The notes under the pieces are model-generated. The model was given only the letters and a program-made list of their open reading frames with translations. It was not told the DNA's origin and did no database searches. A stretch of DNA of 64,000 nucleotides from a bacterium (GTDB lineage Bacteria > Patescibacteriota > Dojkabacteria > SC72). Made by a program: the position numbers and the translations under genes. Below, piece by piece: positions 9,401 to 20,516 of the stretch. Where the stretch lies: contig JAIORF010000102.1 of the NCBI GenBank assembly GCA_021108295.1, positions 110,027 to 174,026 on the forward strand, read 5' to 3'. The stretch's first letter is position 1. Each line of letters opens with the position of its first letter.

Positions 9401-10064
9401 GTATTTAAATCAATATACTACCCTTTTCAATACTAAGGGTTTGGATAGATATCTTTGGTATTGGTCTGGACAAAATATTAGTAATATTCCATCTACACTC
9501 TGTTTAACTTATGCGAGTGATGACAAGTGTTGGGTAGAGGATATGTTTTTTGATAATGAAAAGGGTTCTAACTTAAACTTCTTTAGGAGTATTGGTAATA
9601 AGAGATTAGATCTTTCATACAGAAGTGTGAGCTACGAGCAACTTTCACAAAACAAATTAGAGAACTTTGTAGTTATGAAATATCCAAGTGAATGGGAAGA
9701 TATTAAGTTTGTCCCTGAATCAAGTACAAGATTTGTAGAGTATGAAATGGATAGTGGAGGTTCGCAGAGTACAATATATTCTCTTCCAGAGCAGTTGCCT
9801 ACTAATTCTTTAATCACAATTCCACAATCATCTAGTAGTGGTTGGTTAGCAATTTCCTTTGGTAACAATATCCCTCATATCTTGAAAGATAGGGTTGTTG
9901 TAAATGGTTGGAAGCAGGGTTGGGATATATCTAATACTGATTACAACAATATATGGGTAATATACTATCCTAACCTTCTTGCATATCTTGGGTATACAAT
10001 ATTGGTTACAGAGTTTTTTGTAATACTTTTTAACTTAGTAAAGAGAAGAAATGGAAAAGAGTAA
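6489..10064 (+). CDS. Giant polytopic membrane protein, candidate GT-C-type glycosyltransferase (YfhO/GtrC/ArnT-like) with a large extracytoplasmic C-terminal domain
   Basis: 1191 aa. About 12-14 TM helices in the first ~460 aa, then a ~730-aa soluble domain. Stop overlaps the downstream GT2 gene by 14 nt; a second GT2 lies nearby. Family assignment is inference. Confidence 0.5.
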   Translation: MCIFVKMFIHMKQFLKKNWGKILLATILVVILSLSFKVGYSYISNDNYSPDLNPLLTIERSIISPAWRSYRGLGFASESEQTDVFRSVFYYVTDIFLPTWSLSQIFALLCFGVGSWFTGLLASNLVRDFSKEKYSELAFLLSGIFYITTLWTVWVYYLNMFPYISQFGFLPLLVWSIYRLVKDFNWKNALITFFCSIVFTSTCVIATLFVVDVVVIFFLTLTFAIFHTKGLKEIFKKVFLTMLLFVCTQLFWILPFVHYTVNVSGDIVDSYVNRSITTSVIDLEHEALDSIDSARMYTRILETTDDMVGEKYLFPDAEEYMVYDFYKFVALIPAILGVIGIVFSIVKKRWKLLLLSILTVGSWFIIKNLNQPLGETYSLLQEYVPLFKQVFRWPSSKIGQIYVFSLSLIAPFGFVYLLEFLTSVLKRKVLKVSLWVVSTLMLITMLLYFSSYMFVGDLFVERSIVVIPEEYYHLEQYLNENDNKGRILYLPTANSSYFREYDWGFIGSGFLHYIVPNPLIDMSLAIGSNAGEEAMRQLKDFELSHDVESLERFLEQYDTKYVLIDRNLVKGRYGHELDWTISNILAERLDLVWNDSDIYLYKTAKVEERLTESMSPELNTFTREVTVSPTLTPLNMQIKNWKIEENEIVGTFIHEGQNVYQLLTNGDIDIYSLPSSLVLEDNHIIVKPAIPTINDISTGISKTFDNVDYDYYMVGEKVFTKSQLEIGVSVDIQYTELIQIYGVREGDWNTDNMTSHIASNGKAGNCSGTEFEEDISIQLQGQASGFSVSGDSELPCIYSSIDLFESGVAKIELNWENITENTYVGYCLYSQQYEKCVNEEKYIYSEDQLGQEEILLPYRLNKSDDLTLTIYVYSPTLDDVETIFRNIQISILSNLERISVSSYKETLYKAGILLENTKEYTLSIPVIYGDSSYIYFSSTKENMIWKMNDAQDGGELKVEWNNGISQTVQGQYLNQYTTLFNTKGLDRYLWYWSGQNISNIPSTLCLTYASDDKCWVEDMFFDNEKGSNLNFFRSIGNKRLDLSYRSVSYEQLSQNKLENFVVMKYPSEWEDIKFVPESSTRFVEYEMDSGGSQSTIYSLPEQLPTNSLITIPQSSSSGWLAISFGNNIPHILKDRVVVNGWKQGWDISNTDYNNIWVIYYPNLLAYLGYTILVTEFFVILFNLVKRRNGKE

Positions 10065-10887
10065 ACCTTTGGTATCAATAGTTATACCTGTACATAATGG
10101 AGAGAAGTTTTTAAGGGAGGCAATAGAGAGTTGTCTTAATCAGGACCACCCTACTCTAGAGATAGTGGTAGTAGATGATAAGTCTACGGATAGTACATTA
10201 GAAATATTAAGGGAGTATGAGAGTAAGGATGAAAGAATTAGAGTTCTTTCTGTAGAGAAGCAGAATGGTTTGGGTAATGTAATAAATATAGGTATTAGAG
10301 CTTCTAAGGGTAAGTATATAGCTCGTATGGATGCAGATGATATTATGTATCCTTCTCGTATATCTAAGCAGGTAGAGTATCTAGAAAACAATCCTAGATG
10401 TGTAGCAGTGGGTGGTCAGATAGATATCATAGATGGGGAGGGTAAGATTACGGGTAAGAGAGAGTATGCGATAGAGGATAGGGATATAAAGAAGAATATG
10501 TTTCTTTTTCAACCTTTTGCACATCCTGCAGTTATGTTAAGAAGAGATGCTGTAGAGAGTGTTGGTTTGTATCCAGAGGATATGTGGAAGGTAGAGGATG
10601 TTAAGTTCTTTTTCTTACTTAGTCAGGAGGGAGAGTTTCATAATCTCTCAGATACTGTTTTGAAATATCGTATGACTTTTAATACAGAGAGTCAGGGTAA
10701 GATGGTAGATCATTTTAGAAAGACTCATGAGATGAGGAAATGGGTTGTAGAGAATTTAGATATTAGGCCTACTTTTAGGGAGAGGGTTATATGGTTTTTA
10801 CAAAGAGGGATTGTTTTTTTTATTAGTTTTCTTCCTCCAAAATTGTTTATGAGGGTGTATGAGTTTGGTAGGTGGGTTATTAAGTAA
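10051..10887 (+). CDS. Family 2 glycosyltransferase (GT-A fold)
   Basis: VSIVIPVHNGEKFLREAIESCLNQ, DDKSTD and ARMDADD (DxD) motifs typical of GT2. Confidence 0.85.
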   Translation: MEKSKPLVSIVIPVHNGEKFLREAIESCLNQDHPTLEIVVVDDKSTDSTLEILREYESKDERIRVLSVEKQNGLGNVINIGIRASKGKYIARMDADDIMYPSRISKQVEYLENNPRCVAVGGQIDIIDGEGKITGKREYAIEDRDIKKNMFLFQPFAHPAVMLRRDAVESVGLYPEDMWKVEDVKFFFLLSQEGEFHNLSDTVLKYRMTFNTESQGKMVDHFRKTHEMRKWVVENLDIRPTFRERVIWFLQRGIVFFISFLPPKLFMRVYEFGRWVIK

Positions 10888-10888
10888 A

Positions 10889-10914
10889 AAAGAGATATCT
10901 TTCGATATCTCTTT
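10889..10914 (+). terminator. Rho-independent terminator hairpin after the GT2 gene
   Basis: AAAGAGATATC-TTTC-GATATCTCTTT perfect hairpin 2 nt after the stop, followed by a T-rich tract. Confidence 0.5.
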
Positions 10915-11068
10915 GTACATTATTTTCTTTTTTTAGTCTTTCGTCCTTAAGGACTCATCAGTAAGACAAATATAGTCTTAGAGACTCTAGCGTGTGGTGA
11001 TTTTTTGTGTTTTTACACACTAGGGTCTGTGAAAAAGTGGGGTAGCTTTGGTTAGTTGCTGGGTAGCA

Positions 11069-11644
11069 TTATTGATTTAAAAACCAAAGCTGGAAGCCCG
11101 CGGAGTCGTTGTCTGCTTGATAGGAAACTGTTATAACTTGATCCGCATAGATCATAGTTTCTTGTTGCGGATCCTCTCCATAGTTTCCTAAGTCCCATTC
11201 AACGTTGTCGACGAAAAGTTCACCTGCCGAGTTGTTGATCCATCCGTCTAGGGGCATGGTAAAGGAAATCGTTCCACCGTCGCGTTTCAGGTCTGCAAGA
11301 TTCTTGCTACCTGCGCGAACGAGGTTTCCATTCCACCAGCCGAGGGTGTCCATCTCCCTGTTGCTATCAAACACAATCGTGTATTCGCCGTACTCATCAA
11401 AATCAACAGAGTTTGTGATTTTATTAAGAACGGCAACGGATGTGTTTTCAGGCTGTCTGGGATTAGGAGTCGTTGCCACAGGGGCTACTTCAGGAACCGG
11501 CTGTGTAGCAATCGCTTCCGCAAAACGGTCGCGATCAGTCTTGAAGTCAATTGATGGCCAGGGTTTCCCCAGGAGCATCCAAATCATCAAGACAGTTAGT
11601 ACTATCAGTGTAACATTTTTTGTAATAACCCAAAAGTTTTTCAT
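11069..11644 (-). CDS. Hypothetical exported or membrane-anchored protein, compositionally atypical (about 48% GC)
   Basis: 191 aa. N-terminal hydrophobic anchor (TLIVLTVLMIWMLL), PT-rich linker. Local GC counted at ~45-51% against a ~36% background; uses GCG, CGA, ACG codons that are rare elsewhere in the window. Confidence 0.55.
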   Translation of the reverse strand: MKNFWVITKNVTLIVLTVLMIWMLLGKPWPSIDFKTDRDRFAEAIATQPVPEVAPVATTPNPRQPENTSVAVLNKITNSVDFDEYGEYTIVFDSNREMDTLGWWNGNLVRAGSKNLADLKRDGGTISFTMPLDGWINNSAGELFVDNVEWDLGNYGEDPQQETMIYADQVITVSYQADNDSAGFQLWFLNQ

Positions 11645-11986
11645 TTTTATCTCTCCTCATATAAGAATATATTTTTATTGTTGATATATTGCTACCCATT
11701 CAAACAACTAACACATAGTTAATTATCTAAATGGGTAACAAATATCTAATATGTCTTTTAAGGAGATATTTCACCACACGCTATTTTATCTAAATATATA
11801 AAGATATAAATCTATGTATATATATTTAGAAATTATTAAAGTTCTGAGTTCATAAGAACTCATGTATAAAGACTTACTATCTCTACGAATGAATACTTAT
11901 GGATGTTTATTGGGAAAATATGTTAAAGTGCAGTATTAACTATCTATTATATTATACTATAGGTTTGTGCCTGGTGTCAATCTCCC

Positions 11987-12745
11987 CTACTTTGAAAGAA
12001 CTAACCTATATACCCTCTTAGTAAAGAAAACCTTATCTCGAAGAGATAATCGTAATATATCTTTTAACATACCAACCTCGGCTCTAATGTTTGTAGAAGT
12101 ACTATCACTCCTATTCTTATTCAAAAAGAAAGGTGTAACCTCTACCTTAGCATTAAGCTTCCCAATCTCATTTAAGATATCGCTATCTATTGCAAAATCA
12201 TTTACTGAAAGAACAGGTAAGATACTTTTTATTAAATCTTTTTTGAAAAGCTTAAGACCACAACCAATATCAGTAACCTCTTTAGGAAGTTTTAGGAATA
12301 ATCTGTTTAATTCTACTAAAGCATTAGAAAGAATTAATCTTTCTAAAGATAGCTCTACATTAGAATTATTGTGAACCTTAGAAGGTATTACTGCTGAAAT
12401 ATTATCTTTCTTGATAGCTTTGATAGCGTAACCAAGTGTTCTTATGGCAATATCTGTATCTGCGTCTATAAAGCCAATTATATCTCCAGTAGCCCTCTTC
12501 ATACCATATCTAACAGCATATCCCTTACCTTTATTCTCTTTATATCCAAGAACAGTTACTTTCTTTAGTCTGTTCTTCTTAATATATTTCTCCAATATCT
12601 CCTTAGTACTATCAATATATCCATCTATGACAAAGATTAACTCAAAGTCTGAGTTCTTTCTTGTAAGATATCCATACAGTCTTTCTAACTGATCTAATAC
12701 CTCTCTTTCTTTTTTGTATGTTGGTATTACTAAAGATATTTTCAT
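11987..12745 (-). CDS. GT2 polyprenyl-phosphate glycosyltransferase (DPM1/GtrB/CsbB-like)
   Basis: MKISLVIPTYKKE, FVIDGYIDST and GFIDADTD motifs; ~250 aa size typical of dolichol-P/undecaprenyl-P sugar synthases. Confidence 0.8.
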   Translation of the reverse strand: MKISLVIPTYKKEREVLDQLERLYGYLTRKNSDFELIFVIDGYIDSTKEILEKYIKKNRLKKVTVLGYKENKGKGYAVRYGMKRATGDIIGFIDADTDIAIRTLGYAIKAIKKDNISAVIPSKVHNNSNVELSLERLILSNALVELNRLFLKLPKEVTDIGCGLKLFKKDLIKSILPVLSVNDFAIDSDILNEIGKLNAKVEVTPFFLNKNRSDSTSTNIRAEVGMLKDILRLSLRDKVFFTKRVYRLVLSK

Positions 12746-12779
12746 TGGTGTATAGGAAAATTTAGAACCTTAAAAAGCC

Positions 12780-13010
12780 CTACTTAGAGAGCTTTTCTTT
12801 TAAGGTTTTTGCTGTGCTTAATGTTGCTAATCCTAGTACAAAGAGTACCATTGCACTAATGTAGAAGATGCTTGTATTCTCAAGACCTGTTTGAATAGGT
12901 TTGTGAGGTGTATATGGTGTATAAACACTATATGCATCAGCAAGTACCATATCTGCATTTAAAGTGAAGATTGTAGCAACTAAAAGAGCGGATTTAATTA
13001 GTTTTTTCAT
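12780..13010 (-). CDS. Small secreted protein with a sorting-signal-like C-terminus (candidate minimal sortase substrate)
   Basis: 76 aa. Signal peptide MKKLIKSALLVATIFTLNADMVLA, ~25-aa mature part, then KPIQTG + hydrophobic helix + KTLKEKLSK tail. Lies directly downstream of the sortase gene on the same strand. Confidence 0.4.
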   Translation of the reverse strand: MKKLIKSALLVATIFTLNADMVLADAYSVYTPYTPHKPIQTGLENTSIFYISAMVLFVLGLATLSTAKTLKEKLSK

Positions 13011-13089
13011 CTTATTGATAATAAAATTAGATGAACAGTGAGATTATATCACTTAAGACCTCTTTTGTATACACTATGGGGTTGGTAAG

Positions 13090-13731
13090 CTACTCTACTC
13101 TATTTGCGTATCTAAATATTCTTTGAGTAGAATTGAAGTATTTACAGGTGTAAAGAATGAGATCTGCATCATAAGTTTTGATGAAAGTAGATTCATCCTC
13201 TGCAAATATTTCGTATTCATACTCTCTTTGTTCCCAGATAATTATTACACTATCCCCTATTCTAGTTTTTGGTAGATTAAAGAAGGAAAGAGTATTTCTA
13301 GTTGTAATATCCCAATATACATATCCAAATCTATGTGCAGCTAATATTGTTGGTAAGCTTCTGTCCTCAGGATTGCCATAATCCGAAGCCATCCAAGTAC
13401 CATTTCTTAAACTTGTCTCAGGATCATTGCTTTCCCCTATAGGGGAAAATACTTCTATGCGAGAGATGACGAGATGAGGCTCTTGTGGTAGTGATGCATT
13501 GAAATCTGGTAATACATTGTCTTTTTCATTTACCTCCACAGGCACTATTGGTTCCTCATAGATTTCCTCTTTGATATTATCTATCTCTGTGTCTGTAAGA
13601 TCAGGGTTGAGTCTGTAGAGAATGTATGGGGATACGGGGATCGCTATTAATATAAAAGCTAAGGCTAGGAATGAGAATCCCAATATTACATATATGTTAG
13701 ATAACTTCTTGATAAATATGTTCTTCTTCAT
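13090..13731 (-). CDS. Sortase family transpeptidase
   Basis: N-terminal TM anchor; catalytic His in LAAHR, catalytic Cys in LILYTC (TLxTC motif), conserved Arg in QRIFR. Confidence 0.7.
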   Translation of the reverse strand: MKKNIFIKKLSNIYVILGFSFLALAFILIAIPVSPYILYRLNPDLTDTEIDNIKEEIYEEPIVPVEVNEKDNVLPDFNASLPQEPHLVISRIEVFSPIGESNDPETSLRNGTWMASDYGNPEDRSLPTILAAHRFGYVYWDITTRNTLSFFNLPKTRIGDSVIIIWEQREYEYEIFAEDESTFIKTYDADLILYTCKYFNSTQRIFRYANRVE

Positions 13732-13748
13732 ACTTCTATCCTATCATA

Positions 13749-14555
13749 TTAATTCTTACTTCTTAAATATGTCTCTAGTATCATTCCACTACTCTTTTGC
13801 TCTAATGCATTACTCTTACCAATATATCTGTAATGCCAACTCTCGTAACTATACCCTGTTGTACTCTCGTATCCTTGAGGGTATCCAATTACAAAGCCAT
13901 AGAGATATGCATTCTCTACCAACCATCTACTAGCTTCGGTATTACCAAACTGACTACCTAGTGAATCACCTATTTCGTTTGAACTAAAATCTAGTGTAGT
14001 ACCTAACTGATGTTGACTATGACCTGCTCTAGCAGACACCTTGTCTGTACAAGATATGCAGTTGTTGTAGTAAGAAATCCAGTAGTTGTATGTACTCTCT
14101 TGGGTAGCATATGATCTGTATGCACTAACTACGCTTAAATCAATATCATCACTCTTAGAAGCATCAACTAGGTCTCTCAGATCATCAATGATGATACTTC
14201 TTAGGTAGTAATTCTCCCCTCTTCTAATACCACTGTTACTAGCCTTAACTAAATCATTGGGTTTGTATGTACTAGGTAATTGATACTTTTTGTTTACTAA
14301 AACTAACAGATCGTTACCATCTCTACTACACGCTACAATATCGCTTGGATATTCCCACCAGTTACCACTGGTAGAGGGAACAACAACCTCTTCAGGGTTT
14401 ATTTCCTCAGTACCTTTTTCTTCAACATCTATCACTTCATTTATCACAATCTTATTGTTGTCATCTATCTCCTCATCTTGTGGCAACTCTATGGTATTAA
14501 AGAGAGTTAAGATGGAGATGAGGAAGGATGTAATTAGGTTTAATATTTTGAACAT
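13749..14555 (-). CDS. D-alanyl-D-alanine carboxypeptidase, M15B/VanY family
   Basis: Signal/anchor N-terminus; SAYRSYATQ, HSQHQLGTTLDF (SxHxxGxAxD) and ESWHYRY (ExxH) zinc-peptidase motifs. Confidence 0.8.
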   Translation of the reverse strand: MFKILNLITSFLISILTLFNTIELPQDEEIDDNNKIVINEVIDVEEKGTEEINPEEVVVPSTSGNWWEYPSDIVACSRDGNDLLVLVNKKYQLPSTYKPNDLVKASNSGIRRGENYYLRSIIIDDLRDLVDASKSDDIDLSVVSAYRSYATQESTYNYWISYYNNCISCTDKVSARAGHSQHQLGTTLDFSSNEIGDSLGSQFGNTEASRWLVENAYLYGFVIGYPQGYESTTGYSYESWHYRYIGKSNALEQKSSGMILETYLRSKN

Positions 14556-14759
14556 GTTCTAATTATACCAAAGCTCTTGTTCAATAGTTTTTAAGTAAGC
14601 CTGGCATAGTGTCTTGATGTGGATTTTAGATTGGTAATCCAATACATAGTGCATACTTCATAGTATTCATTATAGAAGTCACACTTACCTCCTACTAAGT
14701 CAGGAAATATATTTTTAGATGTTTTAGAATGGAGTATATAAATTAAGAAGGAAAGGAAG

Positions 14760-14963
14760 ATGAATTTAAACAAGAGAGATATGAGAACAATAGAAGATCA
14801 GATAGAAGAATTGTCAAGTAAGATGATTAAGATGGAATTTAAGGTAACTCAAATTGATGAAGAGAAGGAATTTGATTATCAAAAAGTATTAGCTACGATT
14901 AAATATCTTTATAAATATTATGATGATATGAATAAGGATCGGTCTATTAAGATTACATCATAG
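14760..14963 (+). CDS. Small hypothetical coiled-coil protein
   Basis: 67-aa charged ORF, convergent with gyrA and overlapping its stop by 11 nt; weak support. Confidence 0.3.
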   Translation: MNLNKRDMRTIEDQIEELSSKMIKMEFKVTQIDEEKEFDYQKVLATIKYLYKYYDDMNKDRSIKITS

Positions 14964-17685
14964 CTACTGTAGCTACCTTGTCGTTTTTATCAACATTCAT
15001 AATTTTTACTCCACTAGTTTGTCTCCCCTGTGTAGGTACTGCTTTAAGGAAAGATCTTATCACTTTTGATTTCTCAGAGATAATCACTAATTCTGACTCT
15101 CTTGGATTATCCAATATTCTTGCAGCTACTACATCGCCAGTTTTAGGAGTAACCTTGAATGTGAATATACCACTACCTGCTCTCTTTTGACTACCGTATT
15201 CCTTAAGCTCTGTCATCTTAGCAAATCCTTTCTGTGAGATAGTGAGTAATCTAAACTCTTCGCTTTTGATTATGCCCATACCTACTATATGGTCAGTTTT
15301 AGATTTAAACTTCATAGCAGTTACACCTTTAGCTGTTCTACCCATGGCTCGGACGTCAGATTCTTTAAATCTGATAGATTTACCCTCTGAAGTGATTAAG
15401 ATTACATCATTGTCTCCTGTAGTAGGTTTTACCCATGTTAGTTTATCACCGTCTGCAAGTGTAAGTGCAATGAGACCGTTTGTTCTAATATTGCTAAATT
15501 CTGAGATCTTAGTTTTTTTGATAACGCCGTTCTTTGTTACCATTGTAAAGAATTTGTTCTTCTTCTTATCGTCCCCATCTTTACCTTCCCCTACTCCACC
15601 TTTAGGATCTCTTGTTACAAATGAAGTGATTAGATCGTTTTGGTCCAGTGAAATGAGATTTACCAAAGGTAATCCCTTGGCAGTCCTGCCATATTCTGGA
15701 ATTTCAAATACCCTAAGTGTGTATACCTTCCCTTTATTGCTAAAGAGCATTAACTCATCAAGTGTGTTACAAAGTATTGCATGTTTTACGAAATCGCCTT
15801 CCTTGTTGTTTCCTCCTCTGACTCCCTTCCCACCTCTCTTCTGAGATCTGTATGAATCGGGATCAACCCTTTTGATATATCCAGAGTTTGTGATTGTCAC
15901 GAGGGTGTCTTCAGAAGCTACCATGTCCTCTTCGTTGATTTCTCCTATCTTCCCTTTGACAACTTTGGATTTTCTTTCGTCACCGAATTTTTCTTTGATA
16001 AGTTGTAGGTCTGTATCTACGACTTCAAGTATTTTATCTTCACTTTCAAGTATTGCATTATATTCTTTAATTTTCTTCTCAAGATCTTTGTATTCATTTT
16101 GCAATTTAAGTTTCTCAAGTGCAGCTAATCGTCTAAGTTGCATATCAAGTATGGCTTGTGCCTGTACTTCTGTAAATTTGAACTTGTCGATAAGGTTAGT
16201 TTTTGCACTATCTTGTGTCTTGGATTGACGGATAGTGGCTATAATCTCGTCGAGTACATCTAGAGCTTTGAGTAAGCCTTCTAGAATATGTCCTCGATAT
16301 CTTGACTCTGCAAGATTATACTCATATCTTCTAATGGTTATCGTAATTCTGAAAGAGAGGAATAGTTCTAGCATTCTCTTTAAAGAGAGAGTCTTTGGTT
16401 CGTTCTTAACGAGTGCAATCATATTTGCATTGAACGCTTTCTGCATCTCGGTATATTTATACAGTTTGTTGAGTACAGCCTTCGGTTGTGCATCTCTTTT
16501 GAGTATGACGACAACTCGAATACCATCTTTATTGGATTCATCCCTTATATCAGCGATACCTTCGATCCTTTTATCCTTAACCAAGTCAGCGATTTTTTCA
16601 ATCATATGGGCTTTGTTAACTTGGTAAGGGATTTCTGTAATGATTATATGGAATCTATTCTTATCGCCTTCGATGATACTAGCTTTTGCTCTTTGTAAAA
16701 TTCTACCTCTTCCTGTAGCGTAAGCATTGAGTATCTCTTTTTGGTCGTATATTGTTCCACCGGTTGGGAAATCGGGTCCGGGAATTATCTCAATTAGTTC
16801 AGTAGGATTAATTTCTGATTTGAAATCTGGGTATACCACTTCATCTGTATCTTTCAACCTTTTTTCTATAGCTTGTATATCTTCACTAAAGTCTATCTGT
16901 TTTGTGTCTACATAGTTTTCAAAGTAGTGCTCTGGTTTTGAATTAAGCGTTTGTGGAGTAGTTTCTTCTGCCTCTTTGGATTTCCTCAGTTCATTGTAAA
17001 TAGCTTTACCTTTCCATCTGTTTTTTCTCTTTATCATTTCCTGCAATGCGTCGATGAGTTCTGTGAGATTGTGAGGAGGGATTTGTGTAGCCATACCTAC
17101 GGCAATACCTTGCGAACCGTTGGATAGCAGGTTTGGAAAGAGTGCTGGTAATACGGTTGGTTCAAGTCTTGTACCATCGTAGTTAACATTGTATGTGACA
17201 GTACCTTTATTTAAGTCTTTGAGAAGTTCGGGAGCTATTTTGGAGAGTTTTGCTTCTGTGTATCTCATTGCAGCTGGAGGATCGCCATCAATAGAGCCGA
17301 AGTTCCCTTGTCCATGTACTAGTGTGTATCTCATGGAGAATGGTTGTGCCAGTTTTACCATTGTTGGGTAAACTACTCCCTCACCGTGAGGATGGTAGTT
17401 CCCAGAGGTGTCTCCTGCGATCTTTGCAGATTTCCTAAAGTGGGCACTTGGCATTAAGCCTAGGTCGTTCATTGCTACTAAGATTCTTCTTTGTGAAGGT
17501 TTGAGGCCATCTCTGACTTCTGGGAGTGCACGAGAGACGATGACAGACATAGAGTAATCTATGAAGTTGGACTTCATTTCATCTACAATGCTTCTTGGAG
17601 CAATATCTCCTGGTTTGAATGTAGCATTGAAGTCTGTATCCCCATTATCTTCTACCGTCGTTGTGTTTTTTATTTCTTCTGGCAT
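14953..17685 (-). CDS. gyrA: DNA gyrase subunit A
   Basis: [17 protein letters not shown], active-site region [10 protein letters not shown], GyrA-box-like C-terminal repeats; ~50-aa extra segment between TELIDAL and GPDFPTGG. Confidence 0.95.
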   Translation of the reverse strand: MPEEIKNTTTVEDNGDTDFNATFKPGDIAPRSIVDEMKSNFIDYSMSVIVSRALPEVRDGLKPSQRRILVAMNDLGLMPSAHFRKSAKIAGDTSGNYHPHGEGVVYPTMVKLAQPFSMRYTLVHGQGNFGSIDGDPPAAMRYTEAKLSKIAPELLKDLNKGTVTYNVNYDGTRLEPTVLPALFPNLLSNGSQGIAVGMATQIPPHNLTELIDALQEMIKRKNRWKGKAIYNELRKSKEAEETTPQTLNSKPEHYFENYVDTKQIDFSEDIQAIEKRLKDTDEVVYPDFKSEINPTELIEIIPGPDFPTGGTIYDQKEILNAYATGRGRILQRAKASIIEGDKNRFHIIITEIPYQVNKAHMIEKIADLVKDKRIEGIADIRDESNKDGIRVVVILKRDAQPKAVLNKLYKYTEMQKAFNANMIALVKNEPKTLSLKRMLELFLSFRITITIRRYEYNLAESRYRGHILEGLLKALDVLDEIIATIRQSKTQDSAKTNLIDKFKFTEVQAQAILDMQLRRLAALEKLKLQNEYKDLEKKIKEYNAILESEDKILEVVDTDLQLIKEKFGDERKSKVVKGKIGEINEEDMVASEDTLVTITNSGYIKRVDPDSYRSQKRGGKGVRGGNNKEGDFVKHAILCNTLDELMLFSNKGKVYTLRVFEIPEYGRTAKGLPLVNLISLDQNDLITSFVTRDPKGGVGEGKDGDDKKKNKFFTMVTKNGVIKKTKISEFSNIRTNGLIALTLADGDKLTWVKPTTGDNDVILITSEGKSIRFKESDVRAMGRTAKGVTAMKFKSKTDHIVGMGIIKSEEFRLLTISQKGFAKMTELKEYGSQKRAGSGIFTFKVTPKTGDVVAARILDNPRESELVIISEKSKVIRSFLKAVPTQGRQTSGVKIMNVDKNDKVATVAMM

Positions 17686-17694
17686 AAATATTTA

Positions 17695-19626
<1,932 letters not shown>

Positions 19627-19688
19627 TTATCTAGTTGCAATATATATCTATATTTTACTTCTTTTTGGGTCAAATGTTAAGAGGTAAG

Positions 19689-20399
19689 TTAACCTAATTC
19701 TTGTATCTGTAAGTACAAATTCTCAAGTAACAATCTTCTATTTCCATTCGCGTTTATCCGTTTTTTAGTAGTGATTACTAAATCAATTTTTTCTGTAATC
19801 GTTCTGATATTGACACATTCCTTTATACTCTTTCTGAAAGAATTATGCAAAGCCTGAAGGTATGAGTTTATATATTCTATACATTTAAGCTTGTCTTTTG
19901 CCAAGCTTTCAATCAATGCAAAAGATTTCACTAAGTCGCTATTTTCAAAATAGAAACTTTCTAGGTTGTCTGTGTCTTGAATGTTGTGTGTGGTTTTCGT
20001 GTAGAGTTTTTTGCCTCGAGAGATAATGGTTGGGAGTAGGTCTTTCTCACTACCAACGAGAAGTATATATGCTGTTTGCTCGGGGCTTTCTTCTAGCGTT
20101 TTTAGAAATGCATTTTGTGCTTGATGTGTGAGTTTCTTTGCATCTAGTATGACGGCTATTTGTACAGTCTCTTTGAAGGGTTTGTATCTCATTTCTTCTT
20201 GTAGGTCTTTTATTGCTTCTATACCTATGGAGTTTTGTTCTCGACCATCTACTATATGTATGTCGGGATTGATTTCTAGATTTGTGGATGTGACTTTCCT
20301 ATTCCATAGGGTTGATATGAGTGTGAGCATGTCGATATTCTCTAGATTGTGGTTTTGTGTTATGAGTAGGTATGTCATATGTTTATCATTATATACCAT
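19689..20399 (-). CDS. holB: DNA polymerase III delta-prime-like clamp-loader subunit (short)
   Basis: AQNAFLKTLEESPEQTAYILLVGSEKDLLPTIISRG matches clamp-loader box VII and the SRC motif; no Walker A, as expected for delta-prime. Confidence 0.55.
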   Translation of the reverse strand: MVYNDKHMTYLLITQNHNLENIDMLTLISTLWNRKVTSTNLEINPDIHIVDGREQNSIGIEAIKDLQEEMRYKPFKETVQIAVILDAKKLTHQAQNAFLKTLEESPEQTAYILLVGSEKDLLPTIISRGKKLYTKTTHNIQDTDNLESFYFENSDLVKSFALIESLAKDKLKCIEYINSYLQALHNSFRKSIKECVNIRTITEKIDLVITTKKRINANGNRRLLLENLYLQIQELG

Positions 20400-20457
20400 A
20401 TCCCAAGTTTTTTAATTTGTTGTTTAAATTTATGATATTACAGGGTTGGATAGTTGT

Positions 20458-20486
20458 TTGACTATCTACTATCTTTCCAATATTAT
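20458..20486 (+). promoter_or_regulatory. Candidate sigma70-type promoter for the pilus operon
   Basis: TTGACT - 17 nt - TATTAT, 31 nt upstream of the pilB start. Confidence 0.4.
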
Positions 20487-20516
20487 GTAGTTAAGAACTA
20501 AAATTAAAACTGCCCC

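Noticed and set aside
11044-11091. Inverted repeat AGCTTTGGTT ... AACCAAAGCT spanning the stop of gene 11069..11644
   Set aside because: The 28-nt loop is too large for a confident intrinsic terminator; not annotated.
11843-11860. Palindrome TGAGTTC-ATAA-GAACTCA in the AT-rich spacer
   Set aside because: It is short and in an AT-rich region where such palindromes arise by chance; could be an operator or weak terminator but evidence is insufficient.
14591-14773. 60-aa minus-strand ORF between VanY-like gene and the small 14760 ORF
   Set aside because: Short with no motif; overlaps the promoter region of neighbours; likely non-coding.
15242-16915. Series of plus-strand ORFs (200, 118, 130, 70, 62 aa) within gyrA
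   Set aside because: They are antisense to gyrA, Ser/Leu-rich low complexity and have no motifs.
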